Below, piece by piece: positions 26,361-40,381 of a DNA stretch of 62,000 nucleotides. Position 1 is the stretch's first letter; each line of letters opens with the position of its first letter. The stretch is from contig NC_057718.1 in NCBI RefSeq assembly GCF_004010195.1, positions 35,606,235-35,668,234 on the forward strand, written 5' to 3'. A program made the translations under genes and the position numbers. Source of the stretch: Chiloscyllium plagiosum (Eukaryota). A model generated the notes under the pieces. It had not been told where the DNA came from. It saw only the letters and a program-made list of their open reading frames with translations, and made no database searches.

Positions 26361-28120
26361 TTTGACTGTAAAGTTGGAGGACATTATAGATAGAAAGGAT
26401 ACAGTCACTTTTAACGAATAAGTCACAATTCCATGCATATAAACCTTGAGGACTCTAATAATTATGCATTGCTTAATGTTACATGAAAGCTTATGTACAT
26501 ACATTAATTGTTTCTGATATCCTTTGTAATAGTTTACATCTTTTAATATATCATTAATCAATTAGACAATGTTTATGGTGCACTGATGGCTTTTAGTTGA
26601 ACTCAAGAATAATTATTTGGAAATAGTAATCATCACTGCAGGGAACTAAGTTATCATTCAGACACTTACTGACAAATCCATAGGCTACTTTTATCAAAAT
26701 ATTTAATGATTCAAATTAGTGCCATATTGGGAGCTACTGAAACAAAAGCAACTCATTCTTTATTATATAATTAAGTGAAAATGATCAATACTCCTGTCAC
26801 TGCTTTCAGCTCCACTAAATGACTCTACAGCTCTAATCAATTATATTTAAAAATGTGACTTGCATTCAAATTTTTTTCACACTTTTTGATTCATGTATTG
26901 CTTCCTCTTTGATGGCAAGGTGCTACATTCTAAAGCGATTTACATTCATGTCACGAGCTACTAAAAATATGAACACGCACTCCAATCCTGGAATTTACAC
27001 TTATCAGTGCACCAATCACTTTTGAACATTTAGACCTTTCAACATGATTTGCTAGATTTTTCAGCGAACTGCCTACTTCTATATCCACAATGATACTCCA
27101 AAATGTCCACAACAATTTTTTCGACAGTTTGTACATCCAAACTACTCGTGAGGCTCTTTTAAAATATTTAGATTTTATAAAGAGTCTGGTTACTGGCACT
27201 TTAAGTTAGAGCTGCTGTCACTACTGCACTCTTCCCCTTCAGATTGGGAAATAGACTCCATTAATTTTCAATATAGTACCCAATTTTCCCATAGTTCCCA
27301 AATAAACTTATTCAAGAAATAAACATTTTGTTTGCATTTTTTTCTGAAATGAAATTTTGACAAAAACACAGAAAGCTGATGATTATATTGAAATATTCAG
27401 GATGTTATTAATATTGACAAGTCCCCAAATCATTCGTCAACAGAATTATAGCACAACTGGTACCAAATAAAACACCAATTAAGCACATACACATACATTT
27501 CTATGGAGCCATCTAACAACTTCAAAGCAAGCAATACAGACACTTTATCCACCAAAACAATGATGATGGGGAAGACCTTCCAAATACGAATGGAGAATCA
27601 GCATTGTGGAATCATTTACATACAGCGTTCACCAAATGTGATGGGACAGATAGGGGGACATCTCTTCACACAACTTGTGAAGGAGATATTTGAGCAGCTA
27701 AAGCAAAAATCATTGCATCATTCAAAAAAAAAAGACAATATTTGAAACCAGAAGACAGAAATAAGCTACAGCATTGGGATAAATTTTAGATTGCAGTAGC
27801 AAAGTTACAGCACATTTATACCTCAATTTGTCTATGGCTCACCCAAAAATCTTTTCAAATTCCTTCAATCTGGCATTCTCTCATCGCCAAGACATTCAAG
27901 CTTCTTAGTCAGCAATTGCAACTGTGGTGCTTTATGCTTTCTTAGTTTGTCTTTAGCATAGGATAAAATCAATAACAAGTTTCCTCTTCCATTATCATTT
28001 TTCTACTGTCCTCATAGCTTTCCAACTACCTAGTAATCCGCTGTTTATAATTTTTGCCCACATACAATGAATGCTTGATTCATGTGAAGCTAGAGGTCTG
28101 CTTTATATTTTCCTCCCCAG

Positions 28121-28432
28121 CGCACAGTAGCTCAGTGATTGACACTGCTGCCACTTAGGTGACTGTTTGTGTGGAGTTTGCAAATTCTCCCCGTGTCTGT
28201 GCGGATTTTTCCGGGTGATCCAGTTTCCTCCCACAGTTTGACGATATGCAGGTTAGGTGGATTGGCCATGCTAAAATGCCATAGCATGCAGAGATGTGCA
28301 GGCTAAATGGTTTAGCCATGGGAAATGCAGGGTTGGAGGGATAGGATCAGAGGGTGAGTCTGGGTGGGATGCTCTTCGGAAGGTCAGTGTGGACTCAATG
28401 GGCTGAATAGCCTGCTTCAATGCTGGAGGAAC
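28121..28432 (+). mobile_element. Older HE1-type SINE with a deletion in the head
   Basis: HE1 core tgtgtggagtttgca.attctccccgtgtctg and a HER1-type tail. Confidence 0.85.
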
Positions 28433-29734
28433 TTTATGTGAAAAATTGAATCATTAGCTAAGTTCAGGGCCTCAAGGGAGAGAAGGCAAGCAGCAAACGG
28501 GCAATGAGGATATAACTCACTGGAATAACAAATATGATCGAAGGTTTTACTGTTCGCATTAAATTCATGTTTTATGATTAAATCTGAAATGAAATGACTT
28601 TACCTTGAGTGACTTAAAAATTGGCACAAAGTTTTTGTCAGTAAACTCACACTTACACAGCCTACTTTGTTCTCAAATGACTAAGTCTCTCACTTATCTT
28701 TTCTAGTTCACACTCTCACTCACATTTTGCGAAAAAATATTTATTTCAGAAGTGTCTATTTTAAAATTTCCTTTAAGTTTATTTTGTTGAACAATTTCAC
28801 GTTAAAACACAATACCTAATTAACTAGCTATCACAAATTTGCATATATTAAATTATTCATTTTCTTTTTCTCATGTTTGTAAAAAGTAGCAAAACGAAAC
28901 TGATTATTAAGTTTGCATGAATCTATGGCATACCTTAAAGAATACTTTTAAAATAAATAGTGTTGAAAAACTGATTTAACCTCAAAAATACACAAAAAAG
29001 GACAGATATCTGACAATGTTATGTAGAATAAAATTTGTTAGCCCATGGATAAGAAAGCCAAACTTTGAAGGTGGTTTAAAATATAATAGCAGATGAGGAG
29101 GTACAGGAATTTTCACCAGCAAGGCAGGTAGCTCCAATTGAAAAATTCAACAGGCCTGCTTCAGGGAATACTACTCCAAAGGGTGCAATTTTCATTCCTG
29201 GGTCATGGGGTGGCTGAGTGAAGTCAGAGTTGCTGCCTCATGCACAGGCAGGACATGACCACAGGGGCTGCCAAGTGATTTATAAGGACCACTTGGCTTC
29301 TTTGCACTTGGTCCAAGGTCTGCCATTGAATATTAGGCAGTCATCCACTTCCCACATCTGCTCTCCCTCCCCATCCCATCCCTTTGTCCCCTCAATCTCC
29401 ATGCCATCCCATGCTACTGCCCACCCTCAACAGTATCTGACACCACCTTATAAAATGTATTAAAATATTTTTAAAACAATCGGCTTCTGTAACAATCCTA
29501 TAAGTATCAATCAACTAGACATCTATAGTATCAACAACAGAAACTGTAAGCACTTAACATTACTTCATCTTGTGTAAATAAATTTTGAGCTAGTGATAAA
29601 AATAAAAGTCAAGCCTTTATGAAAATCTGGGCTCTAAGCCTAGACTCATTACGCATTAAAAAGTGTTAAATGGTTAAACAAAATTGACTCAGCTAACCAT
29701 TAGTATACCCTCTTCCTATAGGAAAAACTGTTGT

Positions 29735-29830
29735 GCCTATTTGAATTCTTGCTTTTGTCCTGACGAGTGCAAGATGAAACATTTTGGAAATACATCTCCT
29801 TTGCCAGCAACATCAAAGTTTGTAATCATG
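29735..29830 (+). mobile_element. Probable PLE terminal fragment with hammerhead-like core
   Basis: CTGACGA (29760-66), gtgcaagat, then GAAAC (29776-80). Confidence 0.5.
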
Positions 29831-30764
29831 GTGATATCTTTGTAACATAAATTTCTTTTCTAGAAACCTTCCAACACCTTGAAATGGCAAAATTGGATGA
29901 AAAGCCAAGGTCAATTAGGAAAGAAATCTAGCATATTCTCTGTCCCTTTAAATTATTGATACCAATCTAAGAGACTATACATGTCCAAATTAAATGTTAT
30001 ATGGTACCTACATCGCATCCAAAATGATATTCGGCCCAAAACAAACATCAGCATCCATGCCCTATTAACTTTCTTGACGGGATATTTCTATGTTCACATT
30101 AATACTGTAAACACATCACAATGCAGCTGCACCATCCAGGCAGTGGGTCACCAAGTTTTGAATCTCTGAACGTGAATTAACCAATAATTTATGTTTATAC
30201 AACATCTTACTTAACAACAGCGTTACCAACAAAATTTGATTCCAAACCATACAGATACATGGCCGATGACCAAAGGCTTGGTTAAAGAAGTAGATTTTGA
30301 GGATCAAGGATAGAAAGATGGAAGTTAATGAAGGGAGTTTAGAAAAATAAATTCAAGTTATCTGATTTCCATATTGTTATTGGGGTTTATCATAGATTTA
30401 TATAAAAAATAAGACTATATGACCATAAGACATCGAAGTAGAAGTCGGCCACTTGGTCCATTGAGTCTGTCTAACATTCAATTCCTGCCCTCACTAAACT
30501 ACTTTGCCTTCTCTCTCTGTATTACGATAGCACAGAACATTGATTAGTACTCAGATAGAAATTTTAAATGGGCAGCTAATAGAAAAATGAGCAGTGCTCT
30601 GTGAATTCCCCATTGAAACAAATCTCAGTTTACAGGTTTCAGTTTTCAATGGGAAAATTATATCACCTTCAGAAATTAACCAGTCCACACTAAGTAAGTG
30701 TGTAGAATAGCTAATTACAAACATTAAAATAAAAATCTGTGCAATGATGCTAGAAATCTGAAAT

Positions 30765-31071
30765 GATTAGATTCCGTACAGTGTGGAAACAGGCCCTTCG
30801 GCCCAACAAGTCCACACCGACCCTCCGAAGAGTAACTCACCCAGACCCATTTCTCTCTGACTAATGCACCTAACACAATGGGCAATTTAGCATGGCCAAT
30901 CCACCTGACCTGCACATCTTTGGACTGTGGGAGGAAACCAGAGCACCCGGAGGAAACCCACGCAACCCCTGGGAGAACGTGCAAACTCCACACAGTCGCC
31001 CAAGGCTGGAACTGAACCTGGGTCCCTGGCGCTGAGAGGCTGCAGTGCTAACGATTGAGCCACTGTGCCGC
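30765..31071 (-). mobile_element. HE1-type SINE
   Basis: Reverse complement matches 53737-54045 along its length. Confidence 0.92.
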
Positions 31072-32662
31072 AAACATTTGAAAACGTTGAAAACACTCAA
31101 CCAATCAGACACTATTGGGAGAGGAGCTGAATCAGTGCTTAAAATCAATGATCGTCAATTGAAACTGACTGAAGTCAATCAACCTAAGAGTTCAGACAGG
31201 TTGCTTCATCTGCCAAGTATTTTCTATGACAGAACACAGGGATCGAGTGAAGATACAGCACCATATCTTGATTTCACATTCAGTCACTACCAATACAGAT
31301 AATGGCAACGTACAGATTAGAGTTGGGATCTAGATATAATGAAATCACCAGTTACAAGTGAGTAATAGCCATGATAGAGAGCAGGAATCAATTAGGTGCT
31401 AGCTTGCTGGAGAGTAAGGAGGCACACAGGTTCTGTTGGAGAGGACCGATATGAGAAATTAAATAGATCAGCTTATAGTAGGATGTTGCAAGCATGTAGA
31501 CCTGCCGCAAGACTTGCGTTCATTGTCAAGAAGCACAAAGACCTCCAAAACAACAGTGCATAGGGCTTCAAGCACAATTATAGTCCCAGCTATGCAGGAT
31601 CTGATGTCCGAAATCACATGATCCATTTCAGCACAAGCACCAAACACCCTGCAATGAAAATCAGGTTATTGTCAGCCACATCAGCTTGCTACCATGCACA
31701 TTCAAACTGTTGCCATCATGACTGTGAATCAGAACGTACACTGGGGCTTGCAGGATGTCACAGCAATCTGCCTTCTATCAGATTTTTACTAGATTTGCTG
31801 AATTGTAATCTGAATGGTAGTGATTCCATGGAGTACAAACTTGATGTCCTCTCTCAGAAAGATAGCATTCACAAACCCATTCCAGCCATGGTGAGAGTGC
31901 TGTTCTCATCACCAGCTAGACTGTGAGATGGTCTAGACCAGAAGAACTGGCTTTACTTGGAAGCACTGGGTCAAGCAAAGAACATGGAAAACACACATGA
32001 TTAGTTCACTCTTGCATGCGGAGTGGATGTTGTAATGACCAAGAACAGAGGTCAGGTGCTGAGGAGGAGGCCCCTCAACACCATTCCCCTTCTGTCCCAC
32101 AAGAAACTCCTGATTCACACCTTCTCATCATTTAACTCCTTGTAGGGGATTGCTCTTCCATCAGCAGAGAAACTTGTCCAATTTCCATGTAATTAGGGTT
32201 AACATCCCCAATTATAAACTGCATGATAAATAATAATAATAATTACGACTGACAATTACAAATAATTACATTTATTCCTTTAGCTGTAAAACACTATGGC
32301 AATCCTAAGATTGTGCTATGTCAATGCAAGTCTTTTGGTTTCTTTTCTTTATATCATCAACTGAACCCTGTGTTTTATTACAGCAATCATTTTCTAAATG
32401 TCCACATTTTGAAAGTAATTTGTAATGTAACTGCTACAAGCACAGCTGCTAACAGAAAGGAAAATCAGCTGGTAAATCACTCAGTAGACAAAAGCTCACT
32501 GAAAAAAACCATACAATGCACCATTAAGGAAACCTGAAAGCACAACTGCAACCCCTGTCTAAACAGCATCTCCAGTTTGTAAATTAGAAATCTGTGGAGG
32601 ACAAGGAGAAAGTGAGATACGAGATATTGCCAATAAATAGAACAGGAGTGGAAAAAAAAAGT

Positions 32663-32974
32663 GGGCGGCACGGTGGCACAGTGGTTAGCACTGCTGCCTC
32701 ACAGCGCCAGAGACCCGGGTTCAATTCCCACGTCAGGCGACTGACTGTGTGGAGTTTGCACGTTCTCCCCGTGTCTGCGTGGATTTCCTCCGGGTGCTCC
32801 GGTTTCCTCCCACAGTCCAAAGATGTGCAGGCCATGAATTGGCCATGCTAAATTGCCCGTAGTGTTAGGTAAGGGGTAAATGTAGGGGTATGGGTGGGTT
32901 GCGCTTCGGCGTGTCGGTGTGGACTTGTTGGGCCGAAAGGGCCTGTTTCCACACTGTAGTGTAATCTAATCTAA
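32663..32974 (+). mobile_element. HE1-type SINE, full length and CpG-rich (young)
   Basis: Complete head gggcggcacggtggcacagtggttagc, B-box gggttcaattccc, (taatc)n tail. Confidence 0.93.
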
Positions 32975-33111
32975 ACAGGATTAAGTATGAGGTTTCCATG
33001 ATCTTCAAAGACTTTAGTCCTGTCACTGGCCACAGGCACAATAGCCATCTCAATAAAGGTTAGGGTATGCAGGTACACTTATCACTCTCCTATAAGTTCC
33101 TGATGTCTAAA

Positions 33112-34262
33112 GCTTTTTATTTATTCATTCATAGGATGTGGGTGTTATTGGCATTTATTGTCTATCCCTAATCGTCCTTCAGAATGTGGTGGTGAGCTGC
33201 ATTCTTGAACTGCTGCAGTTCACTGGGAGTAGGTAAACCAACAATGTTGTTAGGGCTGCAATTCCAAGGTTTTGACTTGGCAATAGAAAAGGAATAGTAA
33301 TATAGTTCCAAATTAGGTCCATGTGTGGCTTGGAACGTACAGGTAGCATCCTCAGTCTTTATCTATCTAGGTGGTAGAAGCGTTGGTTTTAGTAGGTGCT
33401 GTCTGTTTTGTTGCTGGCAGTGCATTTTGTAGTTGCTAATGTGTGTCAGTGGTGGAGGTACAGAATGTTGAAGATGTTAGATGAGGTGCCAATCAAATGG
33501 GCTGCTTTGTTCTGGATAGTATCAAGTTTGTTTACTATTGGGGTTGCACTCATCTAGGTAAATAGAGAATATCCCATTTCACTCCTGACTTGTAGATGGT
33601 AGTCAGTCAAAACATGTGGTGCTGGGAAAGCATAACCAGTCTGGCAGCAGCCGAGGAGCAGGAGAGTTGACGTTTTGAGCATAAGTTCTTCATCTTCATT
33701 CCTGATGAAGAGCTTGTGCTCAAAACGTCTACTCTCCTGCTCCTCAGATGCTACCTGACCTGCTGCACTTTTCCAGCCTGTTTTGACTTTGATCTCCAGC
33801 ATCTGCAGTCCTCACATTTTTCTTGGAGATGGTGGCAATGAGCTGCATTCTTGAACTGCTGCAGTCACTTTTTTCTTGTCGATGATAGCAATAAAAGCCT
33901 TGTGGGGTCAGGCAGTAAGCTAGACAGCACAGAATTCCCATTCTCTGACTTGCTCTTGTAGCCACAGTATTTATGTAGTTGGGCCAGTTCAGTGTCTGGT
34001 TGATGTTAAGCTCCAGGAGGTTGAGAGGGAATGCCAGTGGTGTTCATGTGGCACCAAAGGTACTTGTCACCAATCAGCCCAAGCCAGAATGTTGTCCAAT
34101 TGTGTTTAATTTAGACACAGATTGCTCCAGTATCTGAGTAGTTGTCATTTAAGCTGAACATTGTGCAATCAGCAGCAAACACCTCCAACTTTGACCTTAT
34201 GATGGGGTATGATCATTGATGAAGCAGAAGATGGTTAGGTCTAGGAGACTGCTGAGAGGAAC
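33112..34262 (-). mobile_element. Family B LINE 3' portion interrupted by a PLE fold-back at 33605-33820
   Basis: Colinear with 1035-1690. Confidence 0.8.
33605..33820. mobile_element. Fold-back PLE mini-insertion
   Basis: Imperfect inverted arms 33605-33694 and 33704-33788. CTGATGA at 33702, stem II gagc/gctc, GAAA decayed to AAAA. Confidence 0.82.
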
Positions 34263-34291
34263 TGGGGGCTCTTGTAGTGCAGTGATAGCAC

Positions 34292-34625
34292 AAAGAACAA
34301 AACAGCACAGGAACAGGCCCTTCAGCCCACCAAGTCTGCACTGACACATACTGCCTTTTTAAATTAAAACTCTTCTGCCTCAATTCAGTCAATATTTTTC
34401 TATTCCTTGCGCATTCATGTATCTGTCAAATGCCTCTTAAATATTGCTATCATACCCGCTTCTATCACCTTCGCCTGTAGTGCATTCCAGGCACTTATCA
34501 TCATCTGTGTAAAAAAAACTGCCTCTCTCATCTCCTTTAAACTTTCCCCCTTTTACCTTAAAGGAATGCCCCCTTATAATTGAAATTTCTGCCCTGGGAA
34601 GAAGACTCCGACCATCCATTCCCAT
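34292..34625 (-). mobile_element. CR1/HER1-like LINE 3' end
   Basis: RGHSFKVKGGKFKGD motif; similar to 60303-60650. Confidence 0.85.
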
Positions 34626-34629
34626 TCTG

Positions 34630-34990
34630 AAAAGTGTGGAGCTGGAAAAACACAGCAGGTCAGACAAATTCCAAGGATCAGGGGAATCGACGTTTCAGAC
34701 ATAAGCCCTTCATCAGAAAGTGGTGGGCGGTGGGGCTGAGAGATAAATGGGGGGGTGGAGGTGGGTATGAGGTAGCTGGGAAGGTGATAGCTAGATGCAG
34801 GTGGTCAGTGAGGAAGGTGGAGCGGATAGGTGACAAGAAAGATGTACAGGTAGGACAGTTCAAAAGGGCAGTACCAAGTTGGAGGGTTAGATCTGGGATG
34901 AAGTGGGAGTAGGGGAGATGAAGAATGCTGCCTGCCCTGCTGTGCTTTTCCAGCACCACACTTTTTGACTCTGGTCTCCAGCATCTGCGT
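34630..34990 (-). mobile_element. PLE 3' fragment with an inverted terminal copy at 34925-34990
   Basis: Similar to 16530-16810. 34925-34966 is reverse-complementary to 34630-34668. Confidence 0.82.
34686..34718 (-). ncRNA. Minimal hammerhead ribozyme core with all catalytic residues retained
   Basis: Minus strand reads tt-CTGATGA-a-GGGC(ttat)GTCT-GAAA-C-GTC-ga. Stem II relies on G-U pairs. Confidence 0.65.
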
Positions 34991-35084
34991 TCCAATTGTC
35001 TGTTAGAGTCTCTCGGTAACTTTGTAAATTTGGTCAAGTCACCCTGCAGCCCCCAATGCAGATGACTATTTATCCTCAAACAGT

Positions 35085-36480
35085 TGCCTCCAATTTACAT
35101 TCTCCAGTTCCTGCCTAATATTGTCACAGTTAGCCTTCCCCCATTTAGAACTCTCATTCAAGGACTATTCTTATTCATAAGTACCTTAAAATTTAGGAAA
35201 TTATGGTCACCGTTTCTGAAATGTTCCCCACTGAGACTTGGGTCACCTGGCTGGGCTCATTCCCCAATACCACGTCTAGTGTGGCCCCCTTCTTCACTGG
35301 ACTATTTACACAATGCTTCAAGAAACTCTCCTGGACACACTTAACAAAACCCCCAAAACAAAGCCCTCGCACACACATGAGTACCAACAACACAGGCTGG
35401 AAGAGTGACGAGGTCTTGCAAAGGTGTTAGGTAGTTAATTGAAAAGCTTACTAAAGGAATCCCAATCAATATAAGAGAAGCTAAAATCACCCACCACAAC
35501 ACTTCCATTTTTTAAAATATTTTTCCATCATCTGTCCACATATCTGTTCCTCTGTCACCTGCTGGCTGTTGGAAGGCCTGTAGTCCAACCCTACCAAAAT
35601 GACTGCACCTTTCCTATTCCTGACTTTACCCATGACCTCACAGGATGAGCCCTCCAAGATGTCCTCCAGCTGTGATATTCTCCCTTATCAATAATGCTAC
35701 TCCCCCACCTCTTTTACATTCCCCTGTATCTCCTGAAACATCTAAACCCTGCAATAGCTAAAACATCATAGTTTTATATACTAATCCATTTGTCTTACCT
35801 GTCATTCTCATGTTAAATCAAACATACACCAGACTGCCAGTCCCACCATGTTCAGTAACCTCTCCCTGTCTGTTCTTCCTCTTAGCCTTACTGGCCTTAA
35901 GTCTTGAACTCCACCTTGGTTATTTTACTTGCTGACCTACTGTTTTGGTTCTGCCCCCACTCACACACGAGAGTAAATCCTCCCGAGTGACACGAGCAAG
36001 CCTCCCTGCCAGGATATTGGCATCCTTCCAAGTTAGGTGCAACCCATCCTTCTCTTTCAGGTCCCACCTGCCCTGGCAGACATCCCAATGATCCACATAT
36101 CTGAAACCCTCCCTCCTATACTAGCTCTATTAACTGTACTATCTTCCTATTCAGAGCCTCACTAGTGCATGGCACAAGAGGTAATCCTGAGATTACAACT
36201 CAACAGGTCTTGCTTTTCTATTTACTACTAAACTCCCCTTGCAGGGCCTTGTCACTCTTCCTGTCTTTGCTGTTAGTACCAACATGTACCATGACCTCTG
36301 GCTGCTTGCCATCCCTTTTGAGAATGTCCCACAACTACTCAGCGACTTGCTTGATCTTGGCACCAGAGGGCAACACACCATTCTGGCACCATTTTGTGGC
36401 CACAGATATGCCCTGACTATACAGTCCTCTATTGCTATTGTTCACCTGCACTTAGACCCTCCCTGCTATACAGCAGAGTG
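35085..36480 (-). mobile_element. CR1-like LINE ORF1 end and endonuclease region, decayed
   Basis: FVKCVQESFLKHCVNSP...ATLDVVLGNEP.QV..VSVG is a typical CR1 APE C-terminus. An ORF1-like remnant lies at 35900-36400. Confidence 0.8.
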
Positions 36481-36539
36481 AGCTTTGGTGTCACCGCTCT
36501 GCTGTTGCTGTTGTCATCCCCCAATTGGCAAATTAACTC

Positions 36540-36757
36540 AGATTTAGCTCATTTTGCTGGACGGTTGATTTATGAAGCAATGTGATGCCAACAGAATGGG
36601 TTCAATTCCCATTACTGACTGAGGTTACCACAAAAGGCTCTTCTTCTCAACCTCCCTCCTCACCTGAGTTACGTTGGCCCTCAGGTTAAATCACCAAAGG
36701 TTGTCTCTCTCTCTGTTGAAAGAGCAGCCCTGTGGTCCAATAAGACTATGGTGAACA
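36540..36757 (+). mobile_element. Probable tRNA-derived SINE (not HE1)
   Basis: A-box-like tagctcattttg and B-box gggttcaattccc, followed by a non-tRNA body. Confidence 0.55.
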
Positions 36758-36789
36758 CAACAACAACTGATGACATATTCTATCACTGT

Positions 36790-38300
36790 ATTTATGATTG
36801 AGAGTAGGCTGACCAAGCTAAATTTGCCCTACGTTTTCTGGACAGGAAGCACATGGACAATTTTCAGCATTGCCAAGTAGATACTAATGTTATACTGTAC
36901 TAAAACAGGTTGGCTTGGAGCACAACTAGCTCTGCAGCATTTGTCTTCAGAACAACTATCAGAAATGTCATTAGGGCCCATATCCATTGCAGTATCCAGC
37001 ACCTCCCTCCACTTCCTGATGACATGGAGGGAAGAAATTGACTGAAGGCTAGTATTTGTGATGCTGGGGACCTCATAAGAAGGATGAGATGGATCATCCA
37101 CTTGGCACTTCAGATTGAAGATGCTTACAGATGCTTCAGCCTCATCTTTTCATTAGGCGCTGGGCTGCCAAATCACTGATGATGATGATGATATCTGTGG
37201 ATCCTCCTTCAATGAGCACTTAACTTGTTACCACCATTCATGACTGGATGTAACAGAGCTGCTAAATTTAGATCTGTTCCATTGGCTGTGGGATTTCTCA
37301 GTTCCAATGCATACTGCTTGGCATACAAGTGCTGTGTTGTATCCTCATGAAGTTGACCTTTACTTAGGTCATGTGGGTAATATGCTGGGCCATGACATTA
37401 TCAATTGTATTGAATACAGTTCTGCTCCCATTGATGGTCCATTGTGCGTCACGCATGACCAGTCTTTAGTTGCCAGATCGGTTTGAATACTATCTCTTTA
37501 AGCCTGGTGGCAGTGCCACATAACATAGTGCAGGATATCTTCAATTTGAGAGTGATCTTCTTGACTAGAACTGTGCTGTGGCCATTCTTACTAGTACTGT
37601 AATGAGTACTTGCATGTGCTACAGGTTGATTGGTAAGAACAAGGTTAAGTATATTTCTACTTCTTGATAGTTCCCTCATTGCCTGCCATTGGCCAACTCC
37701 AGCAGTTATTTTAGAATGCAACCAGCTCAGTCAGTAGTAGGACTATTGAACAACTCTTGCTGATGGACATTGAAGCTCCCACCCAGAGTACATCCTGTTC
37801 CCTTGTCATCCTCTGAGTATCCTCCAAGTGGTGTTCAATGGAGGAGACCTGATTTACCACTTGTAGGGGTGTGGATTGGTGGTAATCGGGAGGTTTCCAT
37901 GCTCATTTGAGCTGACCACTTGAGACTTCAAGAGGTTTGAGTCACTGTTGTGGACAACTGAGGCAAATCTCTCCTGACTGTATGCACATTGTGCTGCCAC
38001 CTCTGTTGGGTGTGCACTGCTGGTGGGTCAGAGTATGTCCAGGAATGGTGACAGTGGTGCCCAGGACATTACTACAAGGTATCATTCCATGAGTTTGACA
38101 GTTGCTTCACGAGCCTTATAGGACAACTCTCCCAATTTTGTGGCAAGCCCCCAGATGTGAATAAGGAGGAGTTTGCAGGGTCACCAGGATTGTGTATGCT
38201 GTTGGTGTTTCTGGTGCCGAGGTTGACCCTGGATGATCTAACAGACTTTGTGGCAGCTAAGTACAACGGTGGTTTGTTGAGCTGTTTCACAGGGCCTGTC
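36790..38300 (-). mobile_element. Family B LINE, endonuclease to early RT
   Basis: Reverse-complement homology to 12090-13410. NILNLVLTN and LDTAMDMGPNDI motifs. Confidence 0.78.
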
Positions 38301-38344
38301 ATTTTAAAAGAGAGAGTTTTGATTTCCCCTATCTCTTGTACAAA

Positions 38345-38450
38345 ATCTGACAGAAAAATAAGTTCTGGAGTATCTCAACAGGCCTGCAGCATCTGTTGTG
38401 AGAGAAGCAAAGTTAATGTTTCAAGTCTGATCTGGCTCTTCTTCAGAACT
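38345..38450 (-). mobile_element. PLE terminal fragment with hammerhead core
   Basis: Minus strand CTGAAGA-agagccagatcagactt-GAAA (38419-38446). Confidence 0.65.
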
Positions 38451-39019
38451 CAGACACCACTCAGTGACAGGTCTGTATCTATTACTATGTGAGACGACCA
38501 AACCATTTTTTCATTACTTTGAAGAACATAAGGCAGTGGGGTTTTAAAACCAGGACACTGGACAGGCTGTTGTGTAGTGCAATGTTGGAGGAATGTTCAA
38601 AATGACTGAAGCTGGGCAAAGTTTTTCACTTGGATATAGCACAGAATACAGAAATATTATCCTGCCTCATATAATCTTTATTTTGTCTCTGATGCAAGAG
38701 CATAGGTTGTACCAATTAGGCAAAATGATCAATCATATGTTGCTTCATGAGTCAAATAAAATAAATCTCCTTAGGATGCAAAATAAAACTTCTCAAAAAT
38801 AGCATGAAATTGCATCTGGATTTGAAGAGAATCAAGAAGTCCACATGATTATCCTGATCAGATTGAAGGGGATATTATTACATATTATGCTACTGTGCAG
38901 TACAAGAGGCCTTGATATAAGCTAGGTCCTAGCTGCTAGGGGTTCATGGAATTGCAGTTAATCTCCGATCATCTCCCGAGAACAACGAGGCAGTCACAAT
39001 TGGGATGTTGATTGAAGGA

Positions 39020-39265
39020 TGAGTATTGGCTTAGTATCAGTGTTAGCACTGCTACTCTTCTTCGAAAATTTGAAAAAAAGTCCTTTTATATCTACAGGCA
39101 GGGCCTCAATGTAATAATCAACCTGAAAGACATTACCTCTACATTTCCAGAATGACTTCAGGACTGCACTGGGGTAACTGCCTAGACTTTTGTACTCATA
39201 TTAGGAAAGGGTCTTAAGCCATCAGTTTCTGACTTAGTTTCAAGAGTTTACCCATTGTACCAAGG
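39020..39265 (-). mobile_element. Decayed DeuSINE/SacSINE-like SINE 5' portion
   Basis: ctgcactggggtaactgcctagacttttgtactca...ttctgacttag pattern recognised from memory of shark SINEs; heavily diverged. Confidence 0.45.
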
Positions 39266-40381
39266 GAATAGAATCAGTTGTGAAAGGATTGATGTTGGAG
39301 ATTTCATTGAGCGCCACCTAATCTGATGATATAATAGTCTTGTGTGAGTTAAAGATAAATCTAGCATGATCCCAATTAGGAACCTAATCCAATTAGGTTA
39401 AAAATCACCTCGTCAGGAGTCAATTGCAGGCTAGACCAGTTAATGTTTCCTTAATGTTTTCCCAAACCAGGTGGGGTTGTTTCCAACAATCGACAATAAT
39501 TTCACAATCACCATTACATGAGTTGTTAATTCTGGACTGTTATTAACAGACTTCAAATCCCACGATCTGCAATAGTGGGACTCAAACCCAAGTCATCAGA
39601 GCATTAGCACAGATCTCTGGATTACTGATCTAGGCAATACCACCACCTCCCCTTGTGCCACCTTGTTCTGCGAGAGAGGGAAATGTTTCAGAGAATGGGA
39701 TATAATGGTTATAGTTAAATAGTTGTCAATGTGTGTAAGCTGCTGGGAAGCTTGCTGAAGACCAACTGATGTAAAGCCAATAAATGAGATCTTATGGAGA
39801 GTGTTGGAAACTGACTGACAGGAATGTGCTGCACTGAGTGGGGCAGGTGGCTAATGATTGGTGGGATTTGACATTCAAAGCACCACTGGCCTTGATCACT
39901 CATATAACGTCAATGAGTTTCTTGCAGAATTAATGTAGGTCCACTGTCTCCATTACCTTTTGAGTCTGTTTGGAGAATTTCTTACAAAGACAAGACATCT
40001 TTACTGCTTTTTACTTCAAACACAGCACAGCATCTGAAAACTTTGCAGCCTTCTGTCACTTGTGTTAGGCTATTCTACAGTTTCCCAGATCAGAATGATT
40101 TCCTGCACAGTTATCAGCACCTGCTCTGTATTGAAATCTTTTGAGTCAGCAGGTGGCACAAAGTTAGCATATTGCTTGTACTGCAATGAACAAACATGCG
40201 ATGATGGAACACTGTGATCCTGACAAATATCTTCCACAACTTTCCATTTTTGACCCCATTACTTTTAGTTGAGAAAATAATCAAGGTTCTTTAAAAAAAA
40301 AATAAAAAAAAAACACTGGACTAAGATAGTTTACTTATGACAACTAACAGTACCTCTATGGAATAATTTGGGAATAACTGA

